A DNA stretch of 43,216 nucleotides, from the IMG/VR virus record IMGVR_UViG_3300010224_000022, positions 1 to 43,216 of that record; one strand, given 5' to 3'. This document shows positions 7,249 through 16,836 of the stretch, piece by piece; the first letter of the stretch is position 1; the number at the start of each line of letters is the position of its first letter. The stretch is from a virus (taxonomy: Duplodnaviria; Caudoviricetes). The translations under genes were made by a program, and so were the position numbers. A model generated the notes under the pieces. The model was not told the DNA's origin and made no database searches. It saw only the letters and a list, made by a program, of their open reading frames with translations.

Positions 7249-9830
7249 CAGGCCCCCAGTCGTGAACGGAGATAGGCGCATTCGAGCGCAAGTGCTTCTT
7301 CGTAGCGGATGCCGTAGCGGTTGCCGGCCACGCGGGTCTGTACGCTTTCCATCACCGGCGGCGCCTCTTCCTCGTACTCCTGTTCGTAGTCTTCCATGAC
7401 CGGGACTGGGTAGAGCAGAGGTTTGTAGGTGGCCGGAGTGGTGCCGGTCGCGGGCTGGTCGATCGTCATCACGCGGTTGCCGAACTTGTCGACCACCGGG
7501 ACATACTCGAGCACCGGAACCTCGCCTTCCTCGTAGTCGACATAAACAGGCACGCCGTCGACCATCCGGATGGCGTCGACCTTGACCAGGCCGCGCTGGG
7601 TCTTGGGGCGCTGCATTGTGCGCGTGCGCGTCACGCGCTCGCCTACGTTGGTCTGCACTTCCTTGAACTCGTCGCCCCACTCATCGAAGCACAGAACGCC
7701 ATAGACGAACGGGTCCAGGCCTTCGGACTCGAATGCCTCCTTCACGCGCTGCGCGATCACCCCGAAGTGCCAGCGCGCGCCGTCGCCTTTGAGCTCGACG
7801 GCATCGTTAAACTTGAATTGGCAGAACTCGACCTTGGCCCAGGCGCGCATCACGGCCTGGTCAATCGCCTGCACTTGCTGCTTGGTCCTCGCATCCGACG
7901 TGTTGATCGTGCCGGTGGCGGCATAGATGACCGTGTAGCGGTTGCTCGGCAGGCCGAGCGAATAGACGTTGTCTGTGCCGGCAAAGACGTTGCCGGTCAC
8001 AATCGGGCCGCTGAACTGGTGCGCGGCGGCGATGTAGGTGATCGAGCCTTCGCCGGCCGAGGCCGACCCGCCGCCGATCGAGATCCGCGCGTCGTAGTCG
8101 TTTTGGGTGCCGCTGCTGTGGAAGTCAAGGAAGGTAACCTGCGGCGTGTCCTGGCGCCCGATTTCCATGCGGCCCTCTGCGCTGACGCCGAACGACGTGA
8201 TCTCGTTCATCGTGGACCGGAAGGCCGTGCCAAGACCGTTGCGGTGCAAGAAGCCGGTGCTTTCCAAGCCAAGGGACTGGAAGCCGATGGCGATCGGCGA
8301 GCCACATGCCGATACGAAGCCGTTGTACCAGGCATTGCGGGCCGTGAAAGCGGCGGTACCGTAGTACAGGCCGAGCGAGACCGAATCGACGCCCCAAGTT
8401 TGCTTGCTGGTGTATGCCGTAGAGAAGATGGTCGCCGAGTTCTCCTTGTTGTTCACCATGTCGAACTCGCGGACGCATGCCTTCCACGCGTGCGAATCCG
8501 GCGTCAGGACGACGATATCGTTGCCCGCCCAAGGCTTCGTGATCGGGCTGACGTAGGCGGTTGGGCCGTTCGGTGGCGTAGCAGCTGTGCCGTCTCCGCC
8601 AGACAGGCGCCAACCGTCGACCGCGATCGAGCTGCCGTCTTCTGCCCAGCCGGTGATAAAGCTGCTGTATTTGGTGGCATGTGCGGTGTCGATGATCATC
8701 CCGACACGCAGTTTGTGAACGTCGACCGGTGTCGGGCAGGTCACCGTGTTCGCCGTGTATGACGGCGCAACCAGTGTAAAGAGCGGCGGCGGTGCGGTGT
8801 TCGAAACGAACTGCGCCACGCTGTCGCGGTCTGGGTAGTTTGCGAGTTGTCCGGACGAGGTCAGCCCGAGCACCGAGGGGGGCGTATCCGCGTCACCGTT
8901 CGCGATGATCGCATGCGCTACTGCGGTGTCGAAAGTACCGTAGGTAAGCTGACGGACATAGCGGACAGTGCCGATCCGGACGATTCCCGGCAAGTTGCCC
9001 ATGCCGATGATCGACGCACCAGGGTCGAGCATCCATTCGATATCTATCCCTCCAGTATCGGGCGTCGAGTTCAGGCGATAGGTGCCGGCCGGGACGCGCA
9101 CGCGTGCGGTAGGAGCACGTGCGACTGTCGTGCCGATCGCTTCCAGCACCGTCGAGATTGCGTCTTTTGCAGCAGCGCTGAAGGCGGCCACATCATCATT
9201 GATGCCATTGGCGAAAAGGCCAACTTTGTCGGTAACGCTGACGTCTTCCCGCAGCTTGCTCTCTACGGTGCGGGTTTTGCTTTGGCCAGCCTGAGTGAAC
9301 CTGACCATCGATGCGCCAGAGCTCTTGGAAAGGTCGAGTGCAAGAGCTGTTGCTGACTGCTCGGCCGGAGCTACAGCAATCGGATCGCCGCTGTTATCGA
9401 AGCTCAGCAACTTGTCGGCACGCTCCGCGATTGTCGGCAAAGGTGACGAATCGGCCGCATCCGATTTAGGTAATTGCAACGTCCGCCCAAGCGCCGTCCG
9501 ATGCTGCTGCAGGGCCATCCAAAGCCGGTTGAAATCGGGATTCACGACTCGTGCAAGGAAGTCGCCGTTCTGCTGGTAGTCGGTAAGCCGTTCCAGGGCA
9601 ACGTCTCGCTCAAGACGAACAGCTGCCAGCTTCGCCGGCGGGAATTCGAAGGTGATCGCACCACCGGTCGGCGCGCCAATCCCGCTGACTTCGTAACCGG
9701 AGGTGATCAAATTGTCGTTCAGGTAGACCTTGAGATCGGCGGCCTGGAGGATTTGACAGCCGTAGGCAAAGGTTTTAGTTAAACCGTTGCCGACATGGCG
9801 AAATACGGTGTCTTGGGCGGATACGGGCAC
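7248..9830 (-). CDS. Tail fibre/tailspike: T7-gp17-like N-terminal adaptor, beta-helix-like body, C-terminal peptidase S74 chaperone
   Basis: VGNGLTKTFAY...ITFEFPP...RLTDYQQNGDF N-terminus; GINDDVAAF...VPAGTY; FLDFHSSG..NDYDARI; TSDARTK...HFGVIAQ...DEW...RYGIRYEE. Confidence 0.9.
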   Translation of the reverse strand: MPVSAQDTVFRHVGNGLTKTFAYGCQILQAADLKVYLNDNLITSGYEVSGIGAPTGGAITFEFPPAKLAAVRLERDVALERLTDYQQNGDFLARVVNPDFNRLWMALQQHRTALGRTLQLPKSDAADSSPLPTIAERADKLLSFDNSGDPIAVAPAEQSATALALDLSKSSGASMVRFTQAGQSKTRTVESKLREDVSVTDKVGLFANGINDDVAAFSAAAKDAISTVLEAIGTTVARAPTARVRVPAGTYRLNSTPDTGGIDIEWMLDPGASIIGMGNLPGIVRIGTVRYVRQLTYGTFDTAVAHAIIANGDADTPPSVLGLTSSGQLANYPDRDSVAQFVSNTAPPPLFTLVAPSYTANTVTCPTPVDVHKLRVGMIIDTAHATKYSSFITGWAEDGSSIAVDGWRLSGGDGTAATPPNGPTAYVSPITKPWAGNDIVVLTPDSHAWKACVREFDMVNNKENSATIFSTAYTSKQTWGVDSVSLGLYYGTAAFTARNAWYNGFVSACGSPIAIGFQSLGLESTGFLHRNGLGTAFRSTMNEITSFGVSAEGRMEIGRQDTPQVTFLDFHSSGTQNDYDARISIGGGSASAGEGSITYIAAAHQFSGPIVTGNVFAGTDNVYSLGLPSNRYTVIYAATGTINTSDARTKQQVQAIDQAVMRAWAKVEFCQFKFNDAVELKGDGARWHFGVIAQRVKEAFESEGLDPFVYGVLCFDEWGDEFKEVQTNVGERVTRTRTMQRPKTQRGLVKVDAIRMVDGVPVYVDYEEGEVPVLEYVPVVDKFGNRVMTIDQPATGTTPATYKPLLYPVPVMEDYEQEYEEEAPPVMESVQTRVAGNRYGIRYEEALALECAYLRSRLGA

Positions 9831-9870
9831 GGCAGGGCTCCTGATGGGAGCGCCGGCTTTTACACGACGC

Positions 9871-11511
9871 TCAGGTTTCGAGCGTCACCTCAAAGACGCC
9901 CGCAGATTGGCGCCAATCTTTGCGCACGTTGCCGGTCGGAATCCCGACTAAATGATTAATTCGCACTGGCGCCTGCTCGATCGCGCCCGCGCCGCTGTCT
10001 AGGAAGTCGTCGGGCTGGCTCTTCACCGCGGGGTTCCAATCCTTCATCTGGTCCCAGAGTGGGCCGTCCAAAACGTCGACATGCGCCCACAGCACGCCGG
10101 ACTTCATCGGGGCCTCCAGGGCGCCGAGGATGCGATCGTTCTTGTTCGCGTTCTGCTGGATTTCGGTCACGCCGCACTGCAGGCGCCGCTGCTTGAGCGC
10201 GCGCATCAGCAGCTTGCCGACGAACGAGCCGACGCTGTTGGTCTCGACGTACACGTGCAGAATGTTGGCTTTCTCGATCAGGTCGCACGCCTGCATCACC
10301 TGGCCGGCGATGATTTCCGTGTTCCTGGTATCGCTGAACTCGGCGAATTCTCCGGTCAGGCCCTCGCACACGTGCCAGTAGTGATTGCCCAGGCTATCGT
10401 CGTACACGACGGAGAAGGCAGAGGCGTCGCCGCCGGCCTTGCCCAAGGATGGGTCCCAGTAGCCGCGGCCGCTGACGATCTGGACGTTCCCCAGCATCAT
10501 GCGCACTTGGCGGTTGGCGTGTTCGATGGCCGGCTGCACCGCGTAAGCCTTCAGCTTCGCGGGGTCGAGACGGCTTTCGGTAATCGGCTTCGCTTCCAGC
10601 ATGTATTGGCTGTCCCAGTAGTTGAGCGTGCGGGTCTTCTTGCGGCGCTTGGCGATGTCCTCGCGGGTGAATCGCTCCGGCCAGGCGCAGTTCGCGTAGA
10701 TGTCCATCACCACGCCAGGCGGTTTCGCGAACACCACCTCGTTCCCTTCGACCACGTAATCCTCGCCCTCGACCAGCAAGCGGGAAAAGCGATGAATGCC
10801 CAGCATCACGTAGAGGCCGTCGCCGCCCGGGGTGAATTCGAAGCGGTAGCGCGTGCGCTTGTCGGTGTCCTCGTAGCGCACGCTCGACTCGAACAGCGGG
10901 ATTTTCAGCAGCGCGGCGCCGGCGGCTACCTGCTCCGGATAAATCGAGTTGTGGGTGTGCGGCGTGCCGATGTAGGTCTCGCGGCCGCCCGGCACCAGGA
11001 TGAAGGTCGATTCCTGGATCTTGTTGCGCAGGTTCTCCCGCGCCTCGGCCGTCTTGATGTTCTTCGGCACCTCGACGTCGTCGTAGTCGATGTCGCGTGC
11101 GCGCGCGGAGGTCACGTTCTGGTTCACGCCGGTCGCGGTCATGCTGGCGTTTCGGGCGTCGGTCGCGCCGGCCACCCAGAACATCTGGGCGCCGGGCTTC
11201 GTCGGGAGCATGCCAGCGCAAAGCGGGTGGCGCCGCAGCACGTTAATGGTGTCGCGCGTCAGCTTCGTCGCGAGCGGGCCGTCGGCCGCCCAGATCAGCG
11301 ACACCCAGGACGGATCGCGGTACAGCTGCCATGCCTTGTAGACCGCGTAGATGGTCGACTTGGCGGCGCCGCGGAACACCATCAGCACCCGCACAGGATC
11401 GGCGCAGGTTTCCAACCATTGGCAGATCCGGACGTGGAGCAGGGGCACCGTCCACCCCTGTACCTTCGCCCACAGCACGAAGAACGCCAGGAAGCTGACC
11501 TTATTTTCCAT
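9871..11511 (-). CDS. terL: Terminase large subunit (T7-like, 546 aa)
   Basis: Walker A-like FRGAAKST, Walker B YDDVE, coupling motif YIGTPH, nuclease WDPS...D, ETN, DDFLDS. Confidence 0.92.
   Translation of the reverse strand: MENKVSFLAFFVLWAKVQGWTVPLLHVRICQWLETCADPVRVLMVFRGAAKSTIYAVYKAWQLYRDPSWVSLIWAADGPLATKLTRDTINVLRRHPLCAGMLPTKPGAQMFWVAGATDARNASMTATGVNQNVTSARARDIDYDDVEVPKNIKTAEARENLRNKIQESTFILVPGGRETYIGTPHTHNSIYPEQVAAGAALLKIPLFESSVRYEDTDKRTRYRFEFTPGGDGLYVMLGIHRFSRLLVEGEDYVVEGNEVVFAKPPGVVMDIYANCAWPERFTREDIAKRRKKTRTLNYWDSQYMLEAKPITESRLDPAKLKAYAVQPAIEHANRQVRMMLGNVQIVSGRGYWDPSLGKAGGDASAFSVVYDDSLGNHYWHVCEGLTGEFAEFSDTRNTEIIAGQVMQACDLIEKANILHVYVETNSVGSFVGKLLMRALKQRRLQCGVTEIQQNANKNDRILGALEAPMKSGVLWAHVDVLDGPLWDQMKDWNPAVKSQPDDFLDSGAGAIEQAPVRINHLVGIPTGNVRKDWRQSAGVFEVTLET
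9916..9950 (-). promoter_or_regulatory. Putative late promoter box 1 (inside terL 3' end, upstream of tailspike)
   Basis: 20-mer gccggtcggaatcccgacta at 9931-9950; minus-strand hexamer AAAGAT 9 nt downstream. Confidence 0.65.
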
Positions 11512-11872
11512 GGGCTTTCGCGGTGCTCTTCTGCAACTGGTCAAGCAGGCGGGTCGCCTCCTTCTCCGCAGCCTTCATTTCGGCATCGAGCCCGTCTTCC
11601 TTTTCGCCTTGCTGCGGTTCGGTCACGCCACCAGCACCGCCAGCGGCGCCGCGCATCTGGATGATGCCGATGAGGTTGGTGGTGCGCACGATGACCGACA
11701 GCGTCGCCGCAGCGTTCTTCTTGCACCAGTAACGGTCGCCCCGGGTTTGCTGGTCCATCGCCGCGATCGCCACGCCGTGGCCAGGCCACACGGACGGATC
11801 GGCCTCGCCGATGAAGGCGTCCGTCAGCTTCTCCGTCAGCTCCTGCAATTTCTCGTATTGATCCTGTCGCAT
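11501..11872 (-). CDS. Putative terminase small subunit (123 aa)
   Basis: MRQDQYEKLQEL...; directly upstream of and overlapping terL; call is positional. Confidence 0.6.
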   Translation of the reverse strand: MRQDQYEKLQELTEKLTDAFIGEADPSVWPGHGVAIAAMDQQTRGDRYWCKKNAAATLSVIVRTTNLIGIIQMRGAAGGAGGVTEPQQGEKEDGLDAEMKAAEKEATRLLDQLQKSTAKAHGK

Positions 11873-14364
11873 CAGTGGCCTCCCATCGCCGTCATGTCCG
11901 GTGCGCGGTCCGGTGCGCCGGTCCCCGGGCTCCACCAGTAGCCCTGGTTCCAGTCGCGCCGCGCACGCTGTTGCATCCTTGAAAGATAACCGGGGCTGAG
12001 GTTCTCCTGCAAGGCCTGCAAGCCAGCGTGATCGAGCGCCGCTTTCGCATACCAGAGGTTCACGTAGGGGAGATGGCTGCGCGCCACACGGATACTCTCC
12101 GCGGCCAGGTGCGTGTCCTTGCCGTTGGCGGCCTCGTAGATGTTCTCGACGCCCAGCTTGTAGCCGATATCGAAGGCACTGCCGACCGTGGGCCCGGCCA
12201 CGTTCTTGATCGCGTTGGCGGTTGCGTCGCCCGGGTTCTCTGTCGGGTCGGTAAGCAGGAAGTCGCCGACGATACCCATGCCACCGCCCTGGGCCATCGC
12301 CCGGCTCCAAAACTTCGGGGTGGTCATGTCGATCGGGTCCTTGCCCTGGACGATTTGCTTCGTCTGGAAGGCGACGGCGCCGAGCGCGGTGAGCGAAGTC
12401 ATCATGGCGGCGCCGTACATCAGGCGGTTAGCCAGCATGGGCGCGCCGTCGACGGACGGGGCGTCGAGCATCCGGCGCCAGTGGCGCGAGATCATCGCGA
12501 TCGGGAAGCTCTTGAACTGCATCACCGAGCGGGCCAGTTCGCCGCGCACGGTGCCGCGCGCCATGCCGCCGGCGCTCGCCGTCGCCTTGGTCGCCAGGTC
12601 CGGGTTGAGGACCGCATATTCGGATTCGTCCGTGATCAGGCCGATCACCTTGGCCACGACCTCGTTTGCTCGAGCATCGCCGCTGGCGTGGATCGCTTCC
12701 GGCGTGAGGAAGTCGGCGCCCTGGTAGTTCGTCAGCTGGCCGGCGCGAATCACTTCCCAGTCGGCCTCGGTCAGGCCCTTGCGGATGAGGTGCGATCGGT
12801 CCCACTCGGACAGCGCAGCCCATTCCGTCTTCGACAGCTTGGCCAGGCCGTTCATCATGGTCATGGAGAAGGCGCGGCGCAGCGTGTCGGTCCAGGCGTT
12901 CATCAGCGAGAGCTTCATCGTGGAGTTGGCCAGCCGGCCGCTCCAGTTGTTCTTGATGTTGTCGCCGCTCCACCGGTTCAGGTCGGAGATCATCGAGTCG
13001 GCGATGACGCCATGCATGGTGAGGAAGTCGCGGGTGTCGCCGTCGAACTGCTTGCCGATATTCTTCAGGCCCTCCCAGTAGGAAAGCTTGTTGAATCCCG
13101 TCGTCACGAAGAAGGTGCCGACGTCGGTCACGCTCGACAGCACGGCGCTGGCCAGCTTGCCGAATACCTGGATATTGCGGGCGTCCTGCGCGATCCGCGC
13201 CACGGTCCCATTCTCGGCCATGCCGGTCCTGCCGCTGATCAGGTCCCAGTAGCTCTGCGGGGTCATGCCGAAGGAACGCTTGACGCCGGTATCGGCCTGC
13301 TTGGCCAGGTCGAACTGCAGCTTCATCTGTTGGGCGGGGTTCGGGCCATAACGCTCGACCAGGGCGATATCGCGCGCCATGCCGCCGATATGGCCCAGCA
13401 TCGCATCGTACATGCCGCCGCCGCCGTACTTGCTCATGTAGGCCAGGTAGGCCTCCGCGTCCTTGAAGTGGATCTGGCGGCTCTCGCTGCCGGCGTTCGC
13501 CCGCGCGCCTTTGCCGCCGCCTTGGCCCGGTGTCATCTTGTTCAGGCCGCCGGTGGCGATGGTATCCCAGGCACTCTCAAGGACGCCCGCCAGCTGCTGG
13601 TCGGTCAGCCGGGTGCCGTCTTCCTGGAAGTAGCGGTTGCGGTCGAGCATCGGTAGGGTCTCCTGCACCCACTTGTCGCGCGCGGCCGGATCCCCGCTGC
13701 CGCGCACGCGCGCCTGGTCATGAGGTTGCGGCAAGTAGCCGTAGTCGAGCTGGCCGACGTCGCCGCCGGCGGAATTGAAGCGCTGCCGCAGCTGCTCGAT
13801 CGAGTCGAGCCAGGCCTTGGCCGCTTTCTGCGCCAGAGTGTTGCCGGTGCCGGCGGCGCCGTTGCCGTAGATCTCGACGGCCAGGTCGCGCGTCATGCCG
13901 GGGTTCGCGGCATCGAACAGGAACATCAGCGCCTTGCGGCCAGCCGTGGTGCCCTGGGTGGTGGTCACCGCGTCCATCAGGTCCATCAGGTTGCTCATGA
14001 CCTCGCGCTTGATCCCTTCCGCATAGCTGTGGGTGAGCTCCATTTCCTTGACCAAAGCCTTGTTGCGGCCCGTCGCATAGGACGCCATCAGCTCGGTGAC
14101 GCGGGTTTCCATCGCGGCCGTCTTGATCACCTGGAGCTGGGCGCGCTGCACCTTGATGGCTGCCTCCCGCTGGATGTCGGCCATTGCCTGCTGGGCGCCC
14201 TCGATCACGCGCTGGTCGGCGGACTTGGCGCGCCAGCCTGCCGGATCGGCCCGGGCCAGGTTGCGCATGGTCGCGCTGATTCGGTCCTCGATCTTCTTGA
14301 TCTCGGCATCGGTCAAAGCCCTCCCTGCGGCTTGCTGGACAGCTTGTCGGCACTGTGGTTTCAT
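11872..14364 (-). CDS. Internal virion / DNA-ejection protein (830 aa)
   Basis: Start MKPQCRQAV; large helical protein with YLPQ.HD and QFKSFP motifs; position among podovirus core genes. Confidence 0.75.
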   Translation of the reverse strand: MKPQCRQAVQQAAGRALTDAEIKKIEDRISATMRNLARADPAGWRAKSADQRVIEGAQQAMADIQREAAIKVQRAQLQVIKTAAMETRVTELMASYATGRNKALVKEMELTHSYAEGIKREVMSNLMDLMDAVTTTQGTTAGRKALMFLFDAANPGMTRDLAVEIYGNGAAGTGNTLAQKAAKAWLDSIEQLRQRFNSAGGDVGQLDYGYLPQPHDQARVRGSGDPAARDKWVQETLPMLDRNRYFQEDGTRLTDQQLAGVLESAWDTIATGGLNKMTPGQGGGKGARANAGSESRQIHFKDAEAYLAYMSKYGGGGMYDAMLGHIGGMARDIALVERYGPNPAQQMKLQFDLAKQADTGVKRSFGMTPQSYWDLISGRTGMAENGTVARIAQDARNIQVFGKLASAVLSSVTDVGTFFVTTGFNKLSYWEGLKNIGKQFDGDTRDFLTMHGVIADSMISDLNRWSGDNIKNNWSGRLANSTMKLSLMNAWTDTLRRAFSMTMMNGLAKLSKTEWAALSEWDRSHLIRKGLTEADWEVIRAGQLTNYQGADFLTPEAIHASGDARANEVVAKVIGLITDESEYAVLNPDLATKATASAGGMARGTVRGELARSVMQFKSFPIAMISRHWRRMLDAPSVDGAPMLANRLMYGAAMMTSLTALGAVAFQTKQIVQGKDPIDMTTPKFWSRAMAQGGGMGIVGDFLLTDPTENPGDATANAIKNVAGPTVGSAFDIGYKLGVENIYEAANGKDTHLAAESIRVARSHLPYVNLWYAKAALDHAGLQALQENLSPGYLSRMQQRARRDWNQGYWWSPGTGAPDRAPDMTAMGGH

Positions 14365-14370
14365 GTAGAA

Positions 14371-14568
14371 ATGCTCACTTTCTTCAAAACGGCTGCTGTT
14401 ATCTTCGTGATGACCCTGATCATTCCGCTGACGGTTTGGGCCGGATCCGGAAGCTGGCGCGCTGGCTTGTACGCCTTCAAGCGCTACCTGCAAATCATGG
14501 GCTACATCGTCGGCGCCGGCCTGCTGCTGGCCGGCGTGTTCTGGCTCTCCGGCTTAGGCGCTTCGTAG
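14371..14568 (+). CDS. Small two-TM membrane protein (65 aa), antisense within the late operon
   Basis: MLTFFKTAAVIFVMTLIIPLTVW...IMGYIVGAGLLLAGVFWLSGLGAS fills the otherwise empty 14365-14553 gap. Confidence 0.65.
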   Translation: MLTFFKTAAVIFVMTLIIPLTVWAGSGSWRAGLYAFKRYLQIMGYIVGAGLLLAGVFWLSGLGAS

Positions 14569-16836
14569 GAAACACTCGGCGGCCACCTGCAGGAGCGGCG
14601 CATCCTGCGCATCCCGGGCTGCTTCCGCTTTCACCGCCTCCAACGCATCCGCCAGGCGCATCGGCGCATCCATCCCTTCCAGCTGCACCATCATGTCCGG
14701 CGACAGCTTCGCGATTTCGGCGCTCTGGGCGTCCAGTGATGCGGCGATCGGGCTTGCCTCCGATTTCGCCGCTTGGCCCGCCGGCGCGGCCGGTGCAGCT
14801 GCTGCCGGCTCCGGTGCGCTTTCCGCGGCTTTTGTTGCACCGGCCTCGGGGATCGTTGCGGTTTTCGACGGTTTCGCGCCGCCCATGTCGGCCACGGCCT
14901 GCTTGACCGCCAGCGCGGTCGGCCGCGGCGTTGGGGCGTCGATCGCGGCGCGCTCGGCCCGCAGGCCGGCGATCTGGGTGTCGAGGTGCGCAATCTGCTT
15001 TTGGGTCTCGGCGGCCACGCGGTGGGCGTCCAGCTGCTGCTGCAGGCGCCCGATCTGCGATTCAATGCCGTCCAGGCGAGTGGCGATGTCCTTTTTTGCC
15101 GCCGACAGTGCGGCCTTGTAGCTGATGCCCTGGGCGGCCTGGATTTCCTTGGCCAGCGCGCGCATAGCCTCGTCCGTGGTCGCCGGCCGGGATTGCTCGA
15201 GGCGGGTGATTTCGGCGCGCAGCGGCGCCACAACGCCCGGGTCGACCAGGTTGCCGGCTTCCGGCAGCAGCTCGGCGCGCGCCTGCTCGAGGCGCCCAAC
15301 CAAGTTGTCGAGCAGGCGCGTCTGACCCAGGGTGTCGAGGGGGATGGTGTCGCCGACTTCGACCCGCTCACCGGCGCCGAGCTGGTCCGAGGCGCGCAGG
15401 ACCGCATTGAGGTGCTGTTCGGCTGCCGCGGCGTCGGCCGGGTCGCGCAGGTTCCACGATTCCACCGTCTCCCGCACCTGCTGGACCCGGGCGGCGGCCA
15501 CCATGTCCGGATCATTCGCGGCCGCGCGCCCAGCCTCGGCGCCGCTGCGCTCGGCCATGAACTGCTCCGTCCGCGCCAGGTAGTCGCGCGTCTCCTTCGC
15601 CGGCGGCAATCTGCCTTCGCGCACGGCCTGGCCGGCCTTGCCGCCGCCGTTGTAGTGGGCCAGCGCCGCGCGCACGTCGCCGTCGTACTGGGTGATCAGG
15701 TCCTTCATGAGGCGCGCGCCGGCGTCGATCGACGCAACCGGGTCGCGTGGGTCGCCCTTGCCGTAGGCGGTCCAGGTGTCGTCCATGAACTGCATGACGC
15801 CCTTGGCGCCCTTCGACGACACCGCGTTCGAGCCGGATCGCTCGCCGACATTCTTGATGGCCAGCAGCACCTCCGGGGGGATGCCCTCGCGCTGGGCAGC
15901 GGTCACCGTATAGGCGTCCAGGCGGGGATCGTCGTAGCGCAGCGCTTGGCGTTCGCTCGCGCCCATGACGTGCAGCTCCCGGGCGGCTGCAGGGTCGACC
16001 GCGGGTTTCGGCGCCGCCCGGGCCCCGCGCATGGCAAGCGCGCCGAAGCCGGCGGGTACCAGGGTGGAGACGGCCAGGCCGACGGGGTCGAATGGATCGT
16101 ACTGGTCGGCCAGTCTGTCGTAGCCCGCGTGCTCGAGGATGGCTTTGCTGGCGGCCTGCTGGGCGATGAATCCGCCGGGGCCGCCGACCGCGACCAGGCC
16201 GGCCGTGGTGCGCAACGTCGATCCTGCTGCCGGCAGGGCCACCGACACCCCGGCCACCGCGCCGGCAATGGCGCCGACCTTGGTCCTGGTCTCGATGTCG
16301 ACGCCCTGGGCCTTGAGGCGATCAGCCTCGGTCATGCCCTCGTCGGTGCCCAGCATGACAGCGCCGGGAATACCGCCGCCGGCGAGCGAGTAGCCGATGG
16401 CCTTGGAGCCGAAGCGGGTAAGGCCGAACAGCAGCTGCTCCGCAGTGCCGGCCGTCTGTGGATCGGGGGCGAAGCTGCGGGCGGTGGCGCGGAAGCCTGT
16501 TCCCAGCTCGGTGCTGAACGCCTCGCCGCTCTGTATCCGCGCTCGAGCGCCGGCACCAGCTTCCCGTGTCGCGGCGGCGGCCTTCGGATCCAGCATCAGC
16601 GATGGGTCCAGCTGGGCGCCGTACCCGGCCTGCACCTCGGCGTAGGCGCCCAAGATGTCCGAGAAAAAGCCGGCTGATTCGTTGGCCCCCGCGCCCACGC
16701 CTTTGGGTGCGGCCGAAATCATCCCCCACAGGTTCGCGCCGAAGGAGCGCTGCGGGACCGGGGCCGCCAGCGGCCGGGTCACGCGGTCGTCCAGCACCTT
16801 GTCGGTGCCGGCCTGGAAAAGGTCATCGATTGCCAT
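14554..16836 (-). CDS. Internal virion protein with lytic transglycosylase (SLT) domain
   Basis: AAQREGIPPEVLLAIKNVGERS...GAKGVMQFM..T...ASIDAGARLM...ALAHYNGG...ETRDY. Confidence 0.85.
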   Translation of the reverse strand: MAIDDLFQAGTDKVLDDRVTRPLAAPVPQRSFGANLWGMISAAPKGVGAGANESAGFFSDILGAYAEVQAGYGAQLDPSLMLDPKAAAATREAGAGARARIQSGEAFSTELGTGFRATARSFAPDPQTAGTAEQLLFGLTRFGSKAIGYSLAGGGIPGAVMLGTDEGMTEADRLKAQGVDIETRTKVGAIAGAVAGVSVALPAAGSTLRTTAGLVAVGGPGGFIAQQAASKAILEHAGYDRLADQYDPFDPVGLAVSTLVPAGFGALAMRGARAAPKPAVDPAAARELHVMGASERQALRYDDPRLDAYTVTAAQREGIPPEVLLAIKNVGERSGSNAVSSKGAKGVMQFMDDTWTAYGKGDPRDPVASIDAGARLMKDLITQYDGDVRAALAHYNGGGKAGQAVREGRLPPAKETRDYLARTEQFMAERSGAEAGRAAANDPDMVAAARVQQVRETVESWNLRDPADAAAAEQHLNAVLRASDQLGAGERVEVGDTIPLDTLGQTRLLDNLVGRLEQARAELLPEAGNLVDPGVVAPLRAEITRLEQSRPATTDEAMRALAKEIQAAQGISYKAALSAAKKDIATRLDGIESQIGRLQQQLDAHRVAAETQKQIAHLDTQIAGLRAERAAIDAPTPRPTALAVKQAVADMGGAKPSKTATIPEAGATKAAESAPEPAAAAPAAPAGQAAKSEASPIAASLDAQSAEIAKLSPDMMVQLEGMDAPMRLADALEAVKAEAARDAQDAPLLQVAAECFLRSA

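Noticed and set aside
5750-9830. Diversity-generating retroelement as in BPP-1-like podoviruses
   Set aside because: No reverse transcriptase ORF and no TR/VR repeat pair seen near the tail gene
10690-10885. Intein in terL
   Set aside because: Too short and lacks the terminal His-Asn splice motif and endonuclease motifs
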